A DNA stretch of 64,000 bases from Clostridiales bacterium (GCA_012518465.1 JAAYSD010000010.1:7638-71637); one strand, 5' to 3'. Numbered from the stretch's first letter, positions 20,429 through 29,806 are shown. The notes: generated by a model not told the origin, from the sequence alone. Numbers and translations: made by a program.

Positions 20429-21361
20429 TTAGCCCTCAAATAGTGGAGTAGAGAGATAACGCTCACCTGTGTCGGGAAGAATAACAACAATTGTCTTTCC
20501 TTTGTTTTCAGGACGAGAAGCTATTTCGACAGCGGCATTAATAGCAGCACCTGAAGAAATTCCGACCAACAATCCTTCACTCTTGGAAACATCACGGCTT
20601 GAGGCAAAAGCATCATCATTTTTTACTTTAATTATTTCATCATAAACATTAGTATTAAGCACATCGGGAACAAATCCAGCACCAATTCCTTGAATCTTAT
20701 GTGGGCCGGCATTTTCTCCTGAAAGTACAGCTGAATCAAATGGTTCAACAGCAACAACCTTTACATTGGGATTTTTTTCTTTTAAATATGCGCCTGTTCC
20801 TGTGATAGTACCACCTGTGCCTATACCTGATACAAAAAAATCTACATTTCCATCGGTATCATTCCATATTTCAGGGCCTGTGGTTTCATAGTGAATTTTA
20901 GGATTTGCTGGGTTTTTAAATTGTCCGGGAATAAATGAATTTTCGTATTCAGCAGCAAGCTCATCTGCTTTTGCAATTGCACCCTTCATACCTTTTGAAC
21001 CATCGGTTAAAACGAGCTCAGCACCATATGCTTTTAAAAGCTTGCGTCTTTCAATGCTCATTGTTTCAGGCATTGTAAGAATTACTCTATATCCTTTTGC
21101 AGCAGCGACAGAAGCAAGTCCTATGCCTGTGTTTCCGCTTGTAGGCTCAATTATTACAGTGTCCTTATTAATCAAACCTTTTTCCTCTGCATCGCTTATC
21201 ATAGCTTTAGCAATTCTGTCCTTAACGCTGCCTGCCGGATTAAAGTATTCTAGCTTTGCTATAATTTTTGCATCAAGGTTTTTGACCTTTGTAAAATTAT
21301 TAAGCTCTAGAAGCGGGGTTTTACCAATTAACTCAGTAATATTCTTATAAGTGTTAGCCAT
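20429..21361 (-). CDS. cysK: cysteine synthase A (O-acetylserine sulfhydrylase)
   Basis: The PLP-lysine region is NPAGSVKDR. Also present are [10 protein letters not shown] and the [10 protein letters not shown] loop. Length is 310 aa. Confidence 0.95.
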   Translation of the reverse strand: MANTYKNITELIGKTPLLELNNFTKVKNLDAKIIAKLEYFNPAGSVKDRIAKAMISDAEEKGLINKDTVIIEPTSGNTGIGLASVAAAKGYRVILTMPETMSIERRKLLKAYGAELVLTDGSKGMKGAIAKADELAAEYENSFIPGQFKNPANPKIHYETTGPEIWNDTDGNVDFFVSGIGTGGTITGTGAYLKEKNPNVKVVAVEPFDSAVLSGENAGPHKIQGIGAGFVPDVLNTNVYDEIIKVKNDDAFASSRDVSKSEGLLVGISSGAAINAAVEIASRPENKGKTIVVILPDTGERYLSTPLFEG

Positions 21362-21415
21362 TTCAAAATCCTCCTGTTATAATTCATATATGATTAATAT
21401 GTATTTGATAATTAT

Positions 21416-21444
21416 ATTATAATACGTTTAATTAGAAATGTCAA
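21416..21444 (-). promoter_or_regulatory. cysK promoter
   Basis: The minus strand reads TTGACA, a 17-nt spacer (tttctaattaaacgtat), then TATAAT. The short leader of about 45 nt leaves no room for a T-box. Confidence 0.6.
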
Positions 21445-21694
21445 TAGTTTTTATAAAAAAATTTTTAAAATTACAAATATTATATTATATTTAAGCAGAG
21501 TAAAGATAAAGTGCTAAAAAATACCACTAGATGTTTTGCATATGTATATAGTGGTATAAGTTGGCTATCAAGTTTACATACATTATCTGCAAGCTTTTAT
21601 ATTTAAGCTTTATAATACATTATCTTTTTTATAATGAATAAAGATTTAATTTTGTATAAAATAATCAAAATTATTAATAGTGATGCTTTATAAG

Positions 21695-21723
21695 TTGACA
21701 AATTGATTAAAATGTATTATTAT
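21695..21723 (+). promoter_or_regulatory. promoter of the Rrf2-family regulator gene
   Basis: TTGACA, 17-nt spacer, TATTAT. Confidence 0.55.
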
Positions 21724-21768
21724 ATATATCGGTAAAGTTTGTTTTAAAACAATAAGAAGGGAGAAAAT

Positions 21769-22215
21769 ATGCGTATATCTTCAAAGGGGCGATATGCTCT
21801 AGTAGCTATTACAAGCATGGCTCATAGGTATGATAGTGGGGAATATATCACTGTTTTAAGTATTTCTGAGAGGTTCGGCATTTCCAAAATATATTTAGAA
21901 CAGGTTTTTTCCTTGTTAAAAAGGGCTGGGCTTGTAAATTCTATAAAAGGGGCACAGGGAGGGTATCAGTTAGCTAAACCACCATCAAAAACAAATGTTT
22001 ATGAGATTTTTAGTGCTACTGAACTTTCGCTTTTCGAGGAAACAGAGCAGACTGTGTCAGAAAAATCGCCCGAAATAGAAGATGCTATGAAGCAGCTTGT
22101 TTTTGCCCCTCTCGACGAGAAGGTAAAAAAACAATTACAGCAAATCACAATTGAGATGCTGCTATCTCAGGTAGAAAAAAATAAATCAGAGCAGGATATT
22201 ATGTTTTTTATTTAA
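21769..22215 (+). CDS. Rrf2-family transcriptional regulator (CymR-like, no Cys cluster)
   Basis: The N-terminus is MRISSKGRYALVAIT... with an HTH region SERFGISKIYLEQVFSLLKRAGLV and GAQGGYQLAK. It lacks the three-Cys Fe-S ligands of IscR/NsrR and lies divergent from cysK. Confidence 0.85.
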   Translation: MRISSKGRYALVAITSMAHRYDSGEYITVLSISERFGISKIYLEQVFSLLKRAGLVNSIKGAQGGYQLAKPPSKTNVYEIFSATELSLFEETEQTVSEKSPEIEDAMKQLVFAPLDEKVKKQLQQITIEMLLSQVEKNKSEQDIMFFI

Positions 22216-22233
22216 TGCCGAAAGGAAAAGATT

Positions 22234-22905
22234 ATGACAGAAACAGCAAAGTATTTAGAAACAGCAATCACTGTTTGGGAAAATCTTACTCAGCAGCAAA
22301 AGGACACCTTATTAAAAAATACAAATTTTATCTCCTTTGATAAAGGAAAAATAGTCCATAATGGGCAAACTGATTGCATTGGCATTATTATCCTTAAAAA
22401 AGGAGGCTTGCGAACTTATATTCTCTCAGAAGATGGCAGAGAAATCACTTTGTTTCGTATTACAGAAGGGGAAATTTGTACTTTATCAGCTTCATGTGTA
22501 TTAAATGAAATTACCTTTGATGTCATTATCGAAACAGAGATAGATTCTGATGTATATGTGATTAATCCCTTAGCTTTTCAAAGAGTAGCGTGCGAAAATA
22601 TTTATATGGAAAACTTCGCTAATAAGCTTACGGTTGAGAGGTTTTCCGATGTCATGTGGGCTATGGAGCAAATACTTTTTATGAGCTTTGACAAGCGATT
22701 GGCTATATTTTTACTTGATGAAATGTCAAAAACGGGGGAAGACTCTATTTTTCTCACTCATGAGCAGATAGCTAAGTATATGGGAAGTGCGAGGGAAGTA
22801 GTGACGAGGATGCTTAAATATTTTTCAAATGAAGGCATAGTAGAGCTATCCAGAGGCTGTGTAACTATAATAAATAAGGATAAATTACGTTCGCTCACCA
22901 TATAG
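22234..22905 (+). CDS. Crp/Fnr-family transcriptional regulator
   Basis: A cNMP-binding-like beta-roll is present (GIIILKKGGLRTY..SEDGREITLFRI..GE). A C-terminal HTH follows (THEQIAKYMGSAREVVTRMLK). Confidence 0.85.
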   Translation: MTETAKYLETAITVWENLTQQQKDTLLKNTNFISFDKGKIVHNGQTDCIGIIILKKGGLRTYILSEDGREITLFRITEGEICTLSASCVLNEITFDVIIETEIDSDVYVINPLAFQRVACENIYMENFANKLTVERFSDVMWAMEQILFMSFDKRLAIFLLDEMSKTGEDSIFLTHEQIAKYMGSAREVVTRMLKYFSNEGIVELSRGCVTIINKDKLRSLTI

Positions 22906-22981
22906 AAATTTATATACGCATTTAATAATAAATAAAAAACTGAATTTTAGATAATTTTATAAGGTTTATAGTGAAAAAGTG

Positions 22982-23010
22982 TTTACAAAACATTATTGTT
23001 GTGATAAAAT
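22982..23010 (+). promoter_or_regulatory. candidate promoter of the PFOR gene
   Basis: TTTACA, 17-nt spacer, TAAAAT. The leader to the ATG at 23114 is about 100 nt. Confidence 0.45.
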
Positions 23011-23113
23011 TAACTATGGCGTTTTATAGATAGACATACGCAAGTAAAAACACACATTATGTAAATAGCAGGGGGCTGTTTGCATTGTGCAATATAAAGG
23101 AGGATTTTTCTCA

Positions 23114-26100
23114 ATGGCAAGACAAAAGCTAACTATGGATGGAAACACTGCTGCCGGTCACGTGTCCTATGCGTTTACGGAAGTAGCTGCTATCTATCCT
23201 ATCACTCCCTCATCTGTTATGGCAGAGGTTACAGACCAATGGGCAACAGCAGGGAGAAAAAATATTTTTGGACAGGAAGTTAGAGTTGTGGAGATGCAGT
23301 CTGAAGCCGGTGCTGCAGGTGCTGTTCACGGTTCTTTGACAGCTGGTGCTTTGACAACAACATATACAGCTTCACAGGGACTTTTACTAATGATTCCTAA
23401 TATGTATAAAATAGCTGGTGAGTTGCTTTCAAGTGTTATTCACGTTTCTGCACGTGCTGTTGCAAGTCATGCATTATCTATTTTTGGTGACCATAGTGAC
23501 GTTTATGCTTGTCGTCAGACTGGTTATGCTATGCTATGTTCAACAAATCCGCAGGAAGTAATGGATTTAGGTGCAGTTGCACACTTAGCTACTATTAAGT
23601 CAAGAGTACCATTCTTACACTTCTTTGATGGCTTCCGTACTTCTCACGAGATTCAGAAAATTGAAGTATGGGATTATGACACCCTTGCAAAAATGCTTGA
23701 TAGGGATGCTTTGCAGGCGTTCAGAGATAGAGCGTTAAACCCTGAAAATCCTGTTTTGCGTGGTACTGCACAAAACCCAGATATATTCTTCCAAGCGAGA
23801 GAGTCAAGCAACCTTTATTACGATGCTGTTCCAGAAATTGTTCAGGGATACATGGATAAGGTTAATGCTGAAATCGGTACAGATTATAAGCTGTTTAATT
23901 ATTATGGTGCTCCTGATGCTGAGCATGTAATTGTTGCTATGGGTTCTGTAAACGATACAATAGAAGAAACAATTGACTACCTAGCATCTAAAGGTGAAAA
24001 GGTCGGCTTGATTAAAGTAAGGCTTTTCAGACCATTTAGCACAAAGGCTTTTGTTGATGCAATACCCGATACTGTTAAGCAGATTTCTGTTCTTGATAGA
24101 ACAAAGGAACCCGGTTCAATTGGTGAACCTTTGTATCTTGATGTAGTTGCTGCATTAAAAGAGCAGGGAAAGTTTGCTGATGTTCCTGTATTTACTGGAC
24201 GCTATGGTTTAGGTTCTAAGGATACTAACTCAGCACATATTATTTCAGTATATAAAAATACAGAGAAAAAGCACTTTACAATCGGCATTATTGATGATGT
24301 CACTAACCTTTCTCTTGAGGTAGGTGAAACACCAAATACTATCCCTGAGGGAACTACTTCATGTAAATTCTGGGGTCTTGGTGCTGATGGTACTGTTGGT
24401 GCTAACAAAAACTCTATTAAAATTATCGGTGACCATACAGATCTTAATGTACAGGCTTATTTCTCATATGATTCTAAAAAATCAGGTGGTGTAACAGTTT
24501 CCCACCTAAGATTTGGAAAATCACCTATTAAATCAACTTATTTTGTTAATAAAGCTAATTTTGTAGCTTGTCATAATCCGTCTTATATTGACAAATATGA
24601 TATGGTACAGGACGTTGTAAAGGGTGGAAGCTTCCTGCTCAATACACAGTGGACTGTTGAAGAGCTTGATGAAATGCTGCCCGGCAGTGTAAAGCGTTAT
24701 ATAGCCGAAAATGACATTAATTTCTATATTATTAATGCCACTGACATTGCAAAGGAAATAGGTCTTGGTAATCGTGTAAATACAATTTTACAGTCGGCTT
24801 TCTTTAATATTGCTAATATTATTCCTAAGGAAGATGCAATAGAATACATGAAGGCTGCAGCTAAAAAATCATTCGCTAAAAAGGGCGATGAAATCGTAAA
24901 TATGAACTACAAGGCTATTGAGGCTGGTGCTAAGAGTTTTGTAAAGGTTGAGGTTCCTGCTTCATGGAAGGATGCAAAGGGAGGAATTGTTCATCCCGTT
25001 GCTGAAGGAGAAAATGAAGAGCTTGTTAAATTTGTTAATGATGTTCTCATTCCTGTATCAGCACAAAAGGGTGATGAACTGCCAGTTTCCACTTTCGAAA
25101 ACAGAGCTGATGGTACATTCCCACAGGGAACAGCTGCTTTTGAAAAGAGAGGCATTGCTGTTGATACTCCTGAATGGGTTTTTGAAAATTGTATTCAGTG
25201 TAATCAATGCTCTTATGTTTGTCCTCACGGTGTAATCAGACCTGCTGTATATACTGATGAAGAGCTTGCTAATGCTCCGGAAGGAACAAAATCTAAGCCT
25301 ATGACAGGTATGCCGGGACTTCATTTTGCGATGACAATTTCTGTGCTTGATTGTACAGGCTGCGGTTCTTGTGCTAATACTTGCCCATCAAAGGTTAAGT
25401 CACTTGTGATGAAGCCACTTCACACACAACTAGAGCAGCAAGAGGTTTTTGCTTATTCACAAAAGCTTTCTCCAAAGCCTGAGGTACAAGAAAAGTTTAA
25501 GGAAACAACGGTAAAGGGTTCTCAGTTTACACAACCATTGCTTGAATTCTCAGGTGCTTGTGCCGGATGTGGTGAAACACCTTATGCTAAGCTTGTCACT
25601 CAATTATTTGGTGATAGAATGTATGTTGCAAATGCAACAGGATGTTCTTCAATCTGGGGTGGCTCTGCTCCATCTACACCATATACAACAAATAAGGAAG
25701 GAAAGGGTCCTACATGGGCAAATTCCTTGTTTGAAGATAATGCTGAATTCGGATATGGTATGTTCTTAGGACAGGATTCTATCCGCAACAGATTAATGAA
25801 GGATACCGAAAAGCTTATTTCAATTGATTATTGTACAGATAAGCTTAAAGAGGCAGGAAAGTATTGGCTTGAAACTGCAAATGATTCTTCATTAAATAAA
25901 ATTGCTACTGCTGCTTTTGTAGAGGCACTTAAGGATGGAATTGATGTTGACCTTACCGGTACGGAGTGGGAGGCTGAATGGTTAGCAAACGGAAAGGTTT
26001 GTGCTTGTGAGGCTTGCACACTTGCACGAGGAATTTTAGCTGAAAAGAATTATCTATCCAAGAAATCGCAGTGGATATTCGGTGGTGATGGTTGGGCATA

Positions 26101-26737
26101 TGATATTGGATATGGTGGACTTGACCACGTTATTGCTTCTGGTAAAAATGTAAATATTCTAGTATTTGATACAGAGGTTTATTCTAATACTGGTGGACAG
26201 GCGTCAAAGGCTACAAATATCGGTGCTATTGCTCAATTTGCTGCTGGTGGTAAGGATACAAAGAAAAAGGATTTGGCTGCTATGGCTATGAGCTATGGCT
26301 ATGTATATGTTGCACAAATTGCACAGGGTGCAAATATGAATCAGTGCATTAAAGCAATTACAGAGGCTGAGGCTTATGATGGACCATCGCTTATTATTGC
26401 ATATGCTCCATGTATTAATCATGGTATCAAGGGAGGCTTGACAATGGCTCAGACTATTGAAAAGCGTGCTGTTGAATCTGGATATTGGAATTTATTCCGT
26501 TTTAACCCAGAGCTTGCAGATCAAGGAAAGAGTCCTTTCTCACTTGATAGTAAAGAGCCAACAGGAGATATTAAGGAATTTATGCTTAACGAGGTACGTT
26601 ACAGCTCATTAATTAGGCAGAATCCTGAACGTGCTGAGAGATTATTTGCAATTGCTGAGGCTAATTCTAAGGCTAAGTACAAGCACTTATTCCATCTGAA
26701 CAAGATGTATAAGGATATGTATGAGGGAAATGAATAA
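23114..26737 (+). CDS. nifJ: pyruvate:ferredoxin (flavodoxin) oxidoreductase, single-polypeptide type
   Basis: About 1200 aa. Two ferredoxin-type clusters are present (CIQCNQCSYVCPH, CTGCGSCANTCP). The TPP-binding region is GGDGWAYDIGYGGLDH. ATG 23114 has an AGGAGGA RBS. Confidence 0.95.
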   Translation: MARQKLTMDGNTAAGHVSYAFTEVAAIYPITPSSVMAEVTDQWATAGRKNIFGQEVRVVEMQSEAGAAGAVHGSLTAGALTTTYTASQGLLLMIPNMYKIAGELLSSVIHVSARAVASHALSIFGDHSDVYACRQTGYAMLCSTNPQEVMDLGAVAHLATIKSRVPFLHFFDGFRTSHEIQKIEVWDYDTLAKMLDRDALQAFRDRALNPENPVLRGTAQNPDIFFQARESSNLYYDAVPEIVQGYMDKVNAEIGTDYKLFNYYGAPDAEHVIVAMGSVNDTIEETIDYLASKGEKVGLIKVRLFRPFSTKAFVDAIPDTVKQISVLDRTKEPGSIGEPLYLDVVAALKEQGKFADVPVFTGRYGLGSKDTNSAHIISVYKNTEKKHFTIGIIDDVTNLSLEVGETPNTIPEGTTSCKFWGLGADGTVGANKNSIKIIGDHTDLNVQAYFSYDSKKSGGVTVSHLRFGKSPIKSTYFVNKANFVACHNPSYIDKYDMVQDVVKGGSFLLNTQWTVEELDEMLPGSVKRYIAENDINFYIINATDIAKEIGLGNRVNTILQSAFFNIANIIPKEDAIEYMKAAAKKSFAKKGDEIVNMNYKAIEAGAKSFVKVEVPASWKDAKGGIVHPVAEGENEELVKFVNDVLIPVSAQKGDELPVSTFENRADGTFPQGTAAFEKRGIAVDTPEWVFENCIQCNQCSYVCPHGVIRPAVYTDEELANAPEGTKSKPMTGMPGLHFAMTISVLDCTGCGSCANTCPSKVKSLVMKPLHTQLEQQEVFAYSQKLSPKPEVQEKFKETTVKGSQFTQPLLEFSGACAGCGETPYAKLVTQLFGDRMYVANATGCSSIWGGSAPSTPYTTNKEGKGPTWANSLFEDNAEFGYGMFLGQDSIRNRLMKDTEKLISIDYCTDKLKEAGKYWLETANDSSLNKIATAAFVEALKDGIDVDLTGTEWEAEWLANGKVCACEACTLARGILAEKNYLSKKSQWIFGGDGWAYDIGYGGLDHVIASGKNVNILVFDTEVYSNTGGQASKATNIGAIAQFAAGGKDTKKKDLAAMAMSYGYVYVAQIAQGANMNQCIKAITEAEAYDGPSLIIAYAPCINHGIKGGLTMAQTIEKRAVESGYWNLFRFNPELADQGKSPFSLDSKEPTGDIKEFMLNEVRYSSLIRQNPERAERLFAIAEANSKAKYKHLFHLNKMYKDMYEGNE

Positions 26738-26766
26738 TATTTTCTAGTATAAAAAAAGAGCAGGTT

Positions 26767-26793
26767 AGAGCAGGTTTTTTACCTGCTCTTTTT
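26767..26793 (+). terminator. rho-independent terminator of the PFOR gene
   Basis: agagcaggt-ttttt-acctgctct forms a 9-bp stem followed by TTTT. A direct copy of agagcaggt lies immediately upstream. Confidence 0.8.
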
Positions 26794-26947
26794 GTTATGT
26801 AAAAATTTTCGTTAATTATATATTTTATTTAGGATATACTATTACAAATCATTGATTGAATAATTAAAAAATCATAGTAAGCTTATAAGCATAAGTAATA
26901 TTTTTTTAGATAATTTTCAATCATTTTTAGCACAAAAGGATGATAAA

Positions 26948-27943
26948 ATGAATTTTGATGAAGTGTATTACGAACCCGATATTTTAAACTATGAATTGGG
27001 TAAGCAGCTGAGAGAACAATTTAAACATTTGAAATGGAATGAAATTGAAAGCCATAATAAAATTGAACAGCTGCAAAAAAGTTCGAATTCTGATTTTGTT
27101 AAGCTGAAAAGGCATTTAATTATAGGCACTAGAAAAACTCATAAATATGTACCTAATTTTAAAATTTCAGATTTTCTTGTGCCATATACCTCCTCTGGGT
27201 GTAGTGCAATGTGCTTGTATTGTTATTTAGTTTGTAATTATAATAAATGTTCATATCTAAGACTTTTTGTTAATAGAGAATTTATGCTTGATAAAATAAT
27301 CAAGCATACACAAAAAAATAAAGATGAATTTGTTTATGAAATAGGAAGTAATAGTGACCTTATTTTAGAAAATACGATTACAGGCAATCTTGAGTGGACT
27401 ATAAAGAATTTTGCAAATTCACCAAAGGGCAAATTGACGTTTCCCACAAAATTTCATCAGGTAGATAGCTTGCTAGATATTGACCATAATAAGAAAATTA
27501 TTTTTAGAATGAGCGTAAATCCCAATGACATCATCAAACGAATAGAAATAGGTACTTCTTCATTGGACAATAGAATTGAAGCTATAAATAAAATGGTAGA
27601 TGCAGATTATCCTACGGGGATTTTAATTGCACCGATTATTTTAGTGGAAAACTGGAAAAGCTTATATTCAGAGCTGATAACCACTCTATCAGATAAGTTA
27701 AGCGTAAAAGCTAAAAATACAATTAGTATAAAAATTATTTTTATGACTTATAGTAACATTCATAGATATATTAATAATGATGCTTTTCCAACCTTGCCTC
27801 AGCTATACGATAAGGAATTGATGAGGGGCAGAGCAAGAGGGAAATACGGTTATAAGGATGAAATCAGGTTTGAGGCTGAGGAATTTTTAAAGCAAGAAAT
27901 AAATCAAAAGTTAGCAAATGCGAAAATCATTTACATTTGCTGA
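26948..27943 (+). CDS. splB: spore photoproduct lyase (radical SAM)
   Basis: The CxxxCxxC motif is CSAMCLYC. The sequence is collinear with my recollection of B. subtilis SplB (PTKFHQVDSLLD, GTSSLDNRIEAINKM, ADYPTGILIAPI, C-terminal NAKIIY). Confidence 0.85.
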   Translation: MNFDEVYYEPDILNYELGKQLREQFKHLKWNEIESHNKIEQLQKSSNSDFVKLKRHLIIGTRKTHKYVPNFKISDFLVPYTSSGCSAMCLYCYLVCNYNKCSYLRLFVNREFMLDKIIKHTQKNKDEFVYEIGSNSDLILENTITGNLEWTIKNFANSPKGKLTFPTKFHQVDSLLDIDHNKKIIFRMSVNPNDIIKRIEIGTSSLDNRIEAINKMVDADYPTGILIAPIILVENWKSLYSELITTLSDKLSVKAKNTISIKIIFMTYSNIHRYINNDAFPTLPQLYDKELMRGRARGKYGYKDEIRFEAEEFLKQEINQKLANAKIIYIC

Positions 27944-27956
27944 GAAAGGAGAAAAA

Positions 27957-28190
27957 ATGGGCAATAAAGATGAAGTTAAAATTACTACACGTGATAAGCT
28001 AATGAGAGCTTGGCATAATTCAATGGAGCTTACCAGAGATTTTGAAAAATATTCAAAAGAGATTGAAGATAATAAGGTAAAATCAGTATTTTCACAATTT
28101 GCCGAGGAAGAGGCAGTACATTCCTCAATGCTCAGAGAATTATTATTATCACATCAAAACAATCAAGATAATCAACAATGTAGCTTATAA
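27957..28190 (+). CDS. small helical hypothetical protein (77 aa), possibly ferritin-like or four-helix-bundle
   Basis: A strong RBS (GAAAGGAGAAAAA) precedes the ATG, 13 nt after the splB stop. The sequence looks helical (FSQFAEEEAVHSSMLRELL). The family is uncertain. Confidence 0.55.
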   Translation: MGNKDEVKITTRDKLMRAWHNSMELTRDFEKYSKEIEDNKVKSVFSQFAEEEAVHSSMLRELLLSHQNNQDNQQCSL

Positions 28191-28218
28191 TTTAAGGTTT
28201 TAAGATTGAACAAAGTAT

Positions 28219-28252
28219 AACACCACCACTAGTGCATCTAGTGGTGGTGTTT
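28219..28252 (+). terminator. rho-independent terminator
   Basis: aacaccaccactag-tgcat-ctagtggtggtgtt forms a stem of about 14 bp followed by TTTG. Confidence 0.75.
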
Positions 28253-28282
28253 GTGGCATAAGGAGAGCTAGCTCACCTATGA

Positions 28283-28318
28283 AGCTTATAATATTCTTTA
28301 AGATTATAAGCTGTTTTT
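28283..28318 (+). terminator. second hairpin with a U-tract, abutting the stop of the convergent oxidoreductase gene
   Basis: agcttataat-(10-nt loop)-attataagct forms a 10-bp stem followed by gTTTTT. Confidence 0.5.
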
Positions 28319-28321
28319 ATA

Positions 28322-29305
28322 TTATTCTTCTTCAAAAACAAGGTTCCATTGCTTTCTGCAAAAATCCATAATATTTAATATTTTAAGAGTATCTTCAACG
28401 GGAACAATCGGACTATTTTTGATTCCTTTATTTAAGCAATCATTAACATGTCGAATTTCATATTCATAACCATTAGAGTCAAATGGCAAGTGAATTTCTT
28501 CAACAATATCGTTATTTTTATTTCTTATCCATGCCTTTTGTGCTTGGAAAAACCAATTATCAAGCTTAATGCTGCCTTTTGTTCCAATAATAAAGGCAGG
28601 ATTTTGAGATTCTATATTAAATCCACTTGAAAGACGTGCGTATGCGTTGTTGTAAATTAAATCGTAGCTTGAATTTTCATCAATATTTGTTTCTCCAATA
28701 AAAGCATTGGTATTAATTTCTTTAAAATCAAAGCCTAAAAAGCTCGTCGCGAAGCTCAACGGATATACACCTAAATCTAACAAAGCACCGCCGCCGAGCT
28801 TATTAGAGTATATTCTATTTTCAGGATCATATTTAGGCAGAGTGAAAAAATTACATTCAATCACCTTTATATCTCCGATTTTATCTTGCCTAATCCATTG
28901 ATGAACCTTATTGAAAACGGGTTGAAATTTCATCCACATCGCTTCCATTAAAAAGAGATTTTTATCTCTTGCAATAGAAACACACTCTTCAAATTGCTTA
29001 GAATTTAAAGTAACAGTTTTTTCACAAAGTACGTTTTTGCCATTGTTGAGGCATAGCTTTATATCATTATAGTGACTTTGCATGGGAGTAGCAATGTATA
29101 TGACATCAATCTCACTATCTTTTACAAGCTCATCATAGCTGCCATAATATTTTTCAGCATCAAATTCATCAGCGAAAGCCTTAGCTTTATCAATATTTCT
29201 GGAAGCAACAGCATAAAGCTCAGCATTATCAACAGCTTTCATTGCTTTAGCAAAGGAATGAGCAATATTTCCAGTAGCCATAATTCCCCATTTGATTTTT
29301 TTCAT
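28322..29305 (-). CDS. Gfo/Idh/MocA-family NAD(P)-dependent oxidoreductase
   Basis: The N-terminal Rossmann motif is KWGIMATGNIAHSF. The EKT(V) motif (LCEKTVTL) is present. Length is 327 aa. Confidence 0.85.
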   Translation of the reverse strand: MKKIKWGIMATGNIAHSFAKAMKAVDNAELYAVASRNIDKAKAFADEFDAEKYYGSYDELVKDSEIDVIYIATPMQSHYNDIKLCLNNGKNVLCEKTVTLNSKQFEECVSIARDKNLFLMEAMWMKFQPVFNKVHQWIRQDKIGDIKVIECNFFTLPKYDPENRIYSNKLGGGALLDLGVYPLSFATSFLGFDFKEINTNAFIGETNIDENSSYDLIYNNAYARLSSGFNIESQNPAFIIGTKGSIKLDNWFFQAQKAWIRNKNNDIVEEIHLPFDSNGYEYEIRHVNDCLNKGIKNSPIVPVEDTLKILNIMDFCRKQWNLVFEEE

Positions 29306-29328
29306 AAAACCTCCTAAAATTTTTCTTA

Positions 29329-29363
29329 TATAATAAAATAAACGGCATTAAAGCCGTTTATTT
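29329..29363 (-). terminator. terminator-like hairpin between trxA and the oxidoreductase RBS
   Basis: On the minus strand, aaataaacggc-tttaat-gccgtttattt forms an 11-bp stem followed by a U-rich tail. It lies about 25 nt upstream of the oxidoreductase AGGAGG. Confidence 0.6.
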
Positions 29364-29494
29364 AACTTACAGACTTAATCTGAAAGCTGTATGGGAGTCT
29401 TTGCACTTAAGAGTAACATCTAGTGATGTCTTTTTGAGAAATGAATTTACAAAAAACGGATTTACTATTATAGTTGACAATCTGCAAATAAAAA

Positions 29495-29806
29495 TTATTT
29501 ACCAATCATTGCAAGAATAGCGTTTTTAGGCTTAGCACCAACTGATGTTTCCACAACTTTTCCATCCTTAATCACTACTAAAGTAGGAATACTCATAACT
29601 CTAAACTGTGATGCAAGCTCTGGCTGTTCATCAACATTTACTTTTCCTACCTTAATAGATTTTTCTTCATCTGCGATTTCATCGACAACAGGAGAAACCA
29701 TTCTACAAGGGCCGCACCACGCTGCCCAAAAGTCTAGCAGCACAGGCTTGTCGGACTTTAAAACCTCAGATTCAAAATTTTCCTTAGTAATAGTTATTGC
29801 ACTCAT
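29495..29806 (-). CDS. trxA: thioredoxin
   Basis: The WCGPC active site is present. Length is 103 aa. Confidence 0.95.
   Translation of the reverse strand: MSAITITKENFESEVLKSDKPVLLDFWAAWCGPCRMVSPVVDEIADEEKSIKVGKVNVDEQPELASQFRVMSIPTLVVIKDGKVVETSVGAKPKNAILAMIGK

Noticed and set aside
21042-21350. A 102-aa ORF lies antisense within cysK. Similar nested or antisense ORFs occur in coaBC (41107-41877), yqfD (53394-53768), mutS2 (58337-60265), PFOR (24202-26422), GH48 (35854-37411) and the giant gene (4014-6759).
   Set aside because: All of them are embedded in genes with unambiguous family signatures on the other frame or strand. They lack an RBS and have shadow-frame composition.
20429-21768. 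I looked for a T-box or S-box leader upstream of cysK. I also looked for a T-box upstream of glyQS at 45064-45422.
   Set aside because: The cysK promoter leaves only about 45 nt of leader. Neither region contains the conserved T-box sequence or a terminator/antiterminator pair. The ATACCACTA/TAGTGGTAT repeat only superficially resembles GGTGGTACC.
23087-23113. The ORF track gives upstream-extended start codons for PFOR (23087), pcrA (15280), znuA (48179), ybaK (46826), GH48 (35551), the DUF3298 protein (31415) and panT (42382).
   Set aside because: In each case an internal ATG with a proper SD at 5-11 nt gives the N-terminus expected for the family (signal peptide, lipobox or conserved start). 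The extensions lack an RBS.
22906-23113. I looked for possible Rex, CRP or FNR boxes in the PFOR upstream region (TGTGAtaaaatTAACT and TTGCAttgTGCAA).
   Set aside because: Only half-site matches or very short inverted repeats are present. They are not convincing against the consensus sequences (TTGTTAAN4TTAACAA, TTGATN4ATCAA, TGTGAN6TCACA).
26948-28190. I considered whether the radical SAM enzyme plus the following small protein could be a RiPP-type maturase and precursor pair.
   Set aside because: The radical SAM protein is collinear with canonical spore photoproduct lyase along its whole length. The 77-aa protein is helical, with a single Cys and no leader/core organisation. The simplest reading is splB plus an unrelated small gene.
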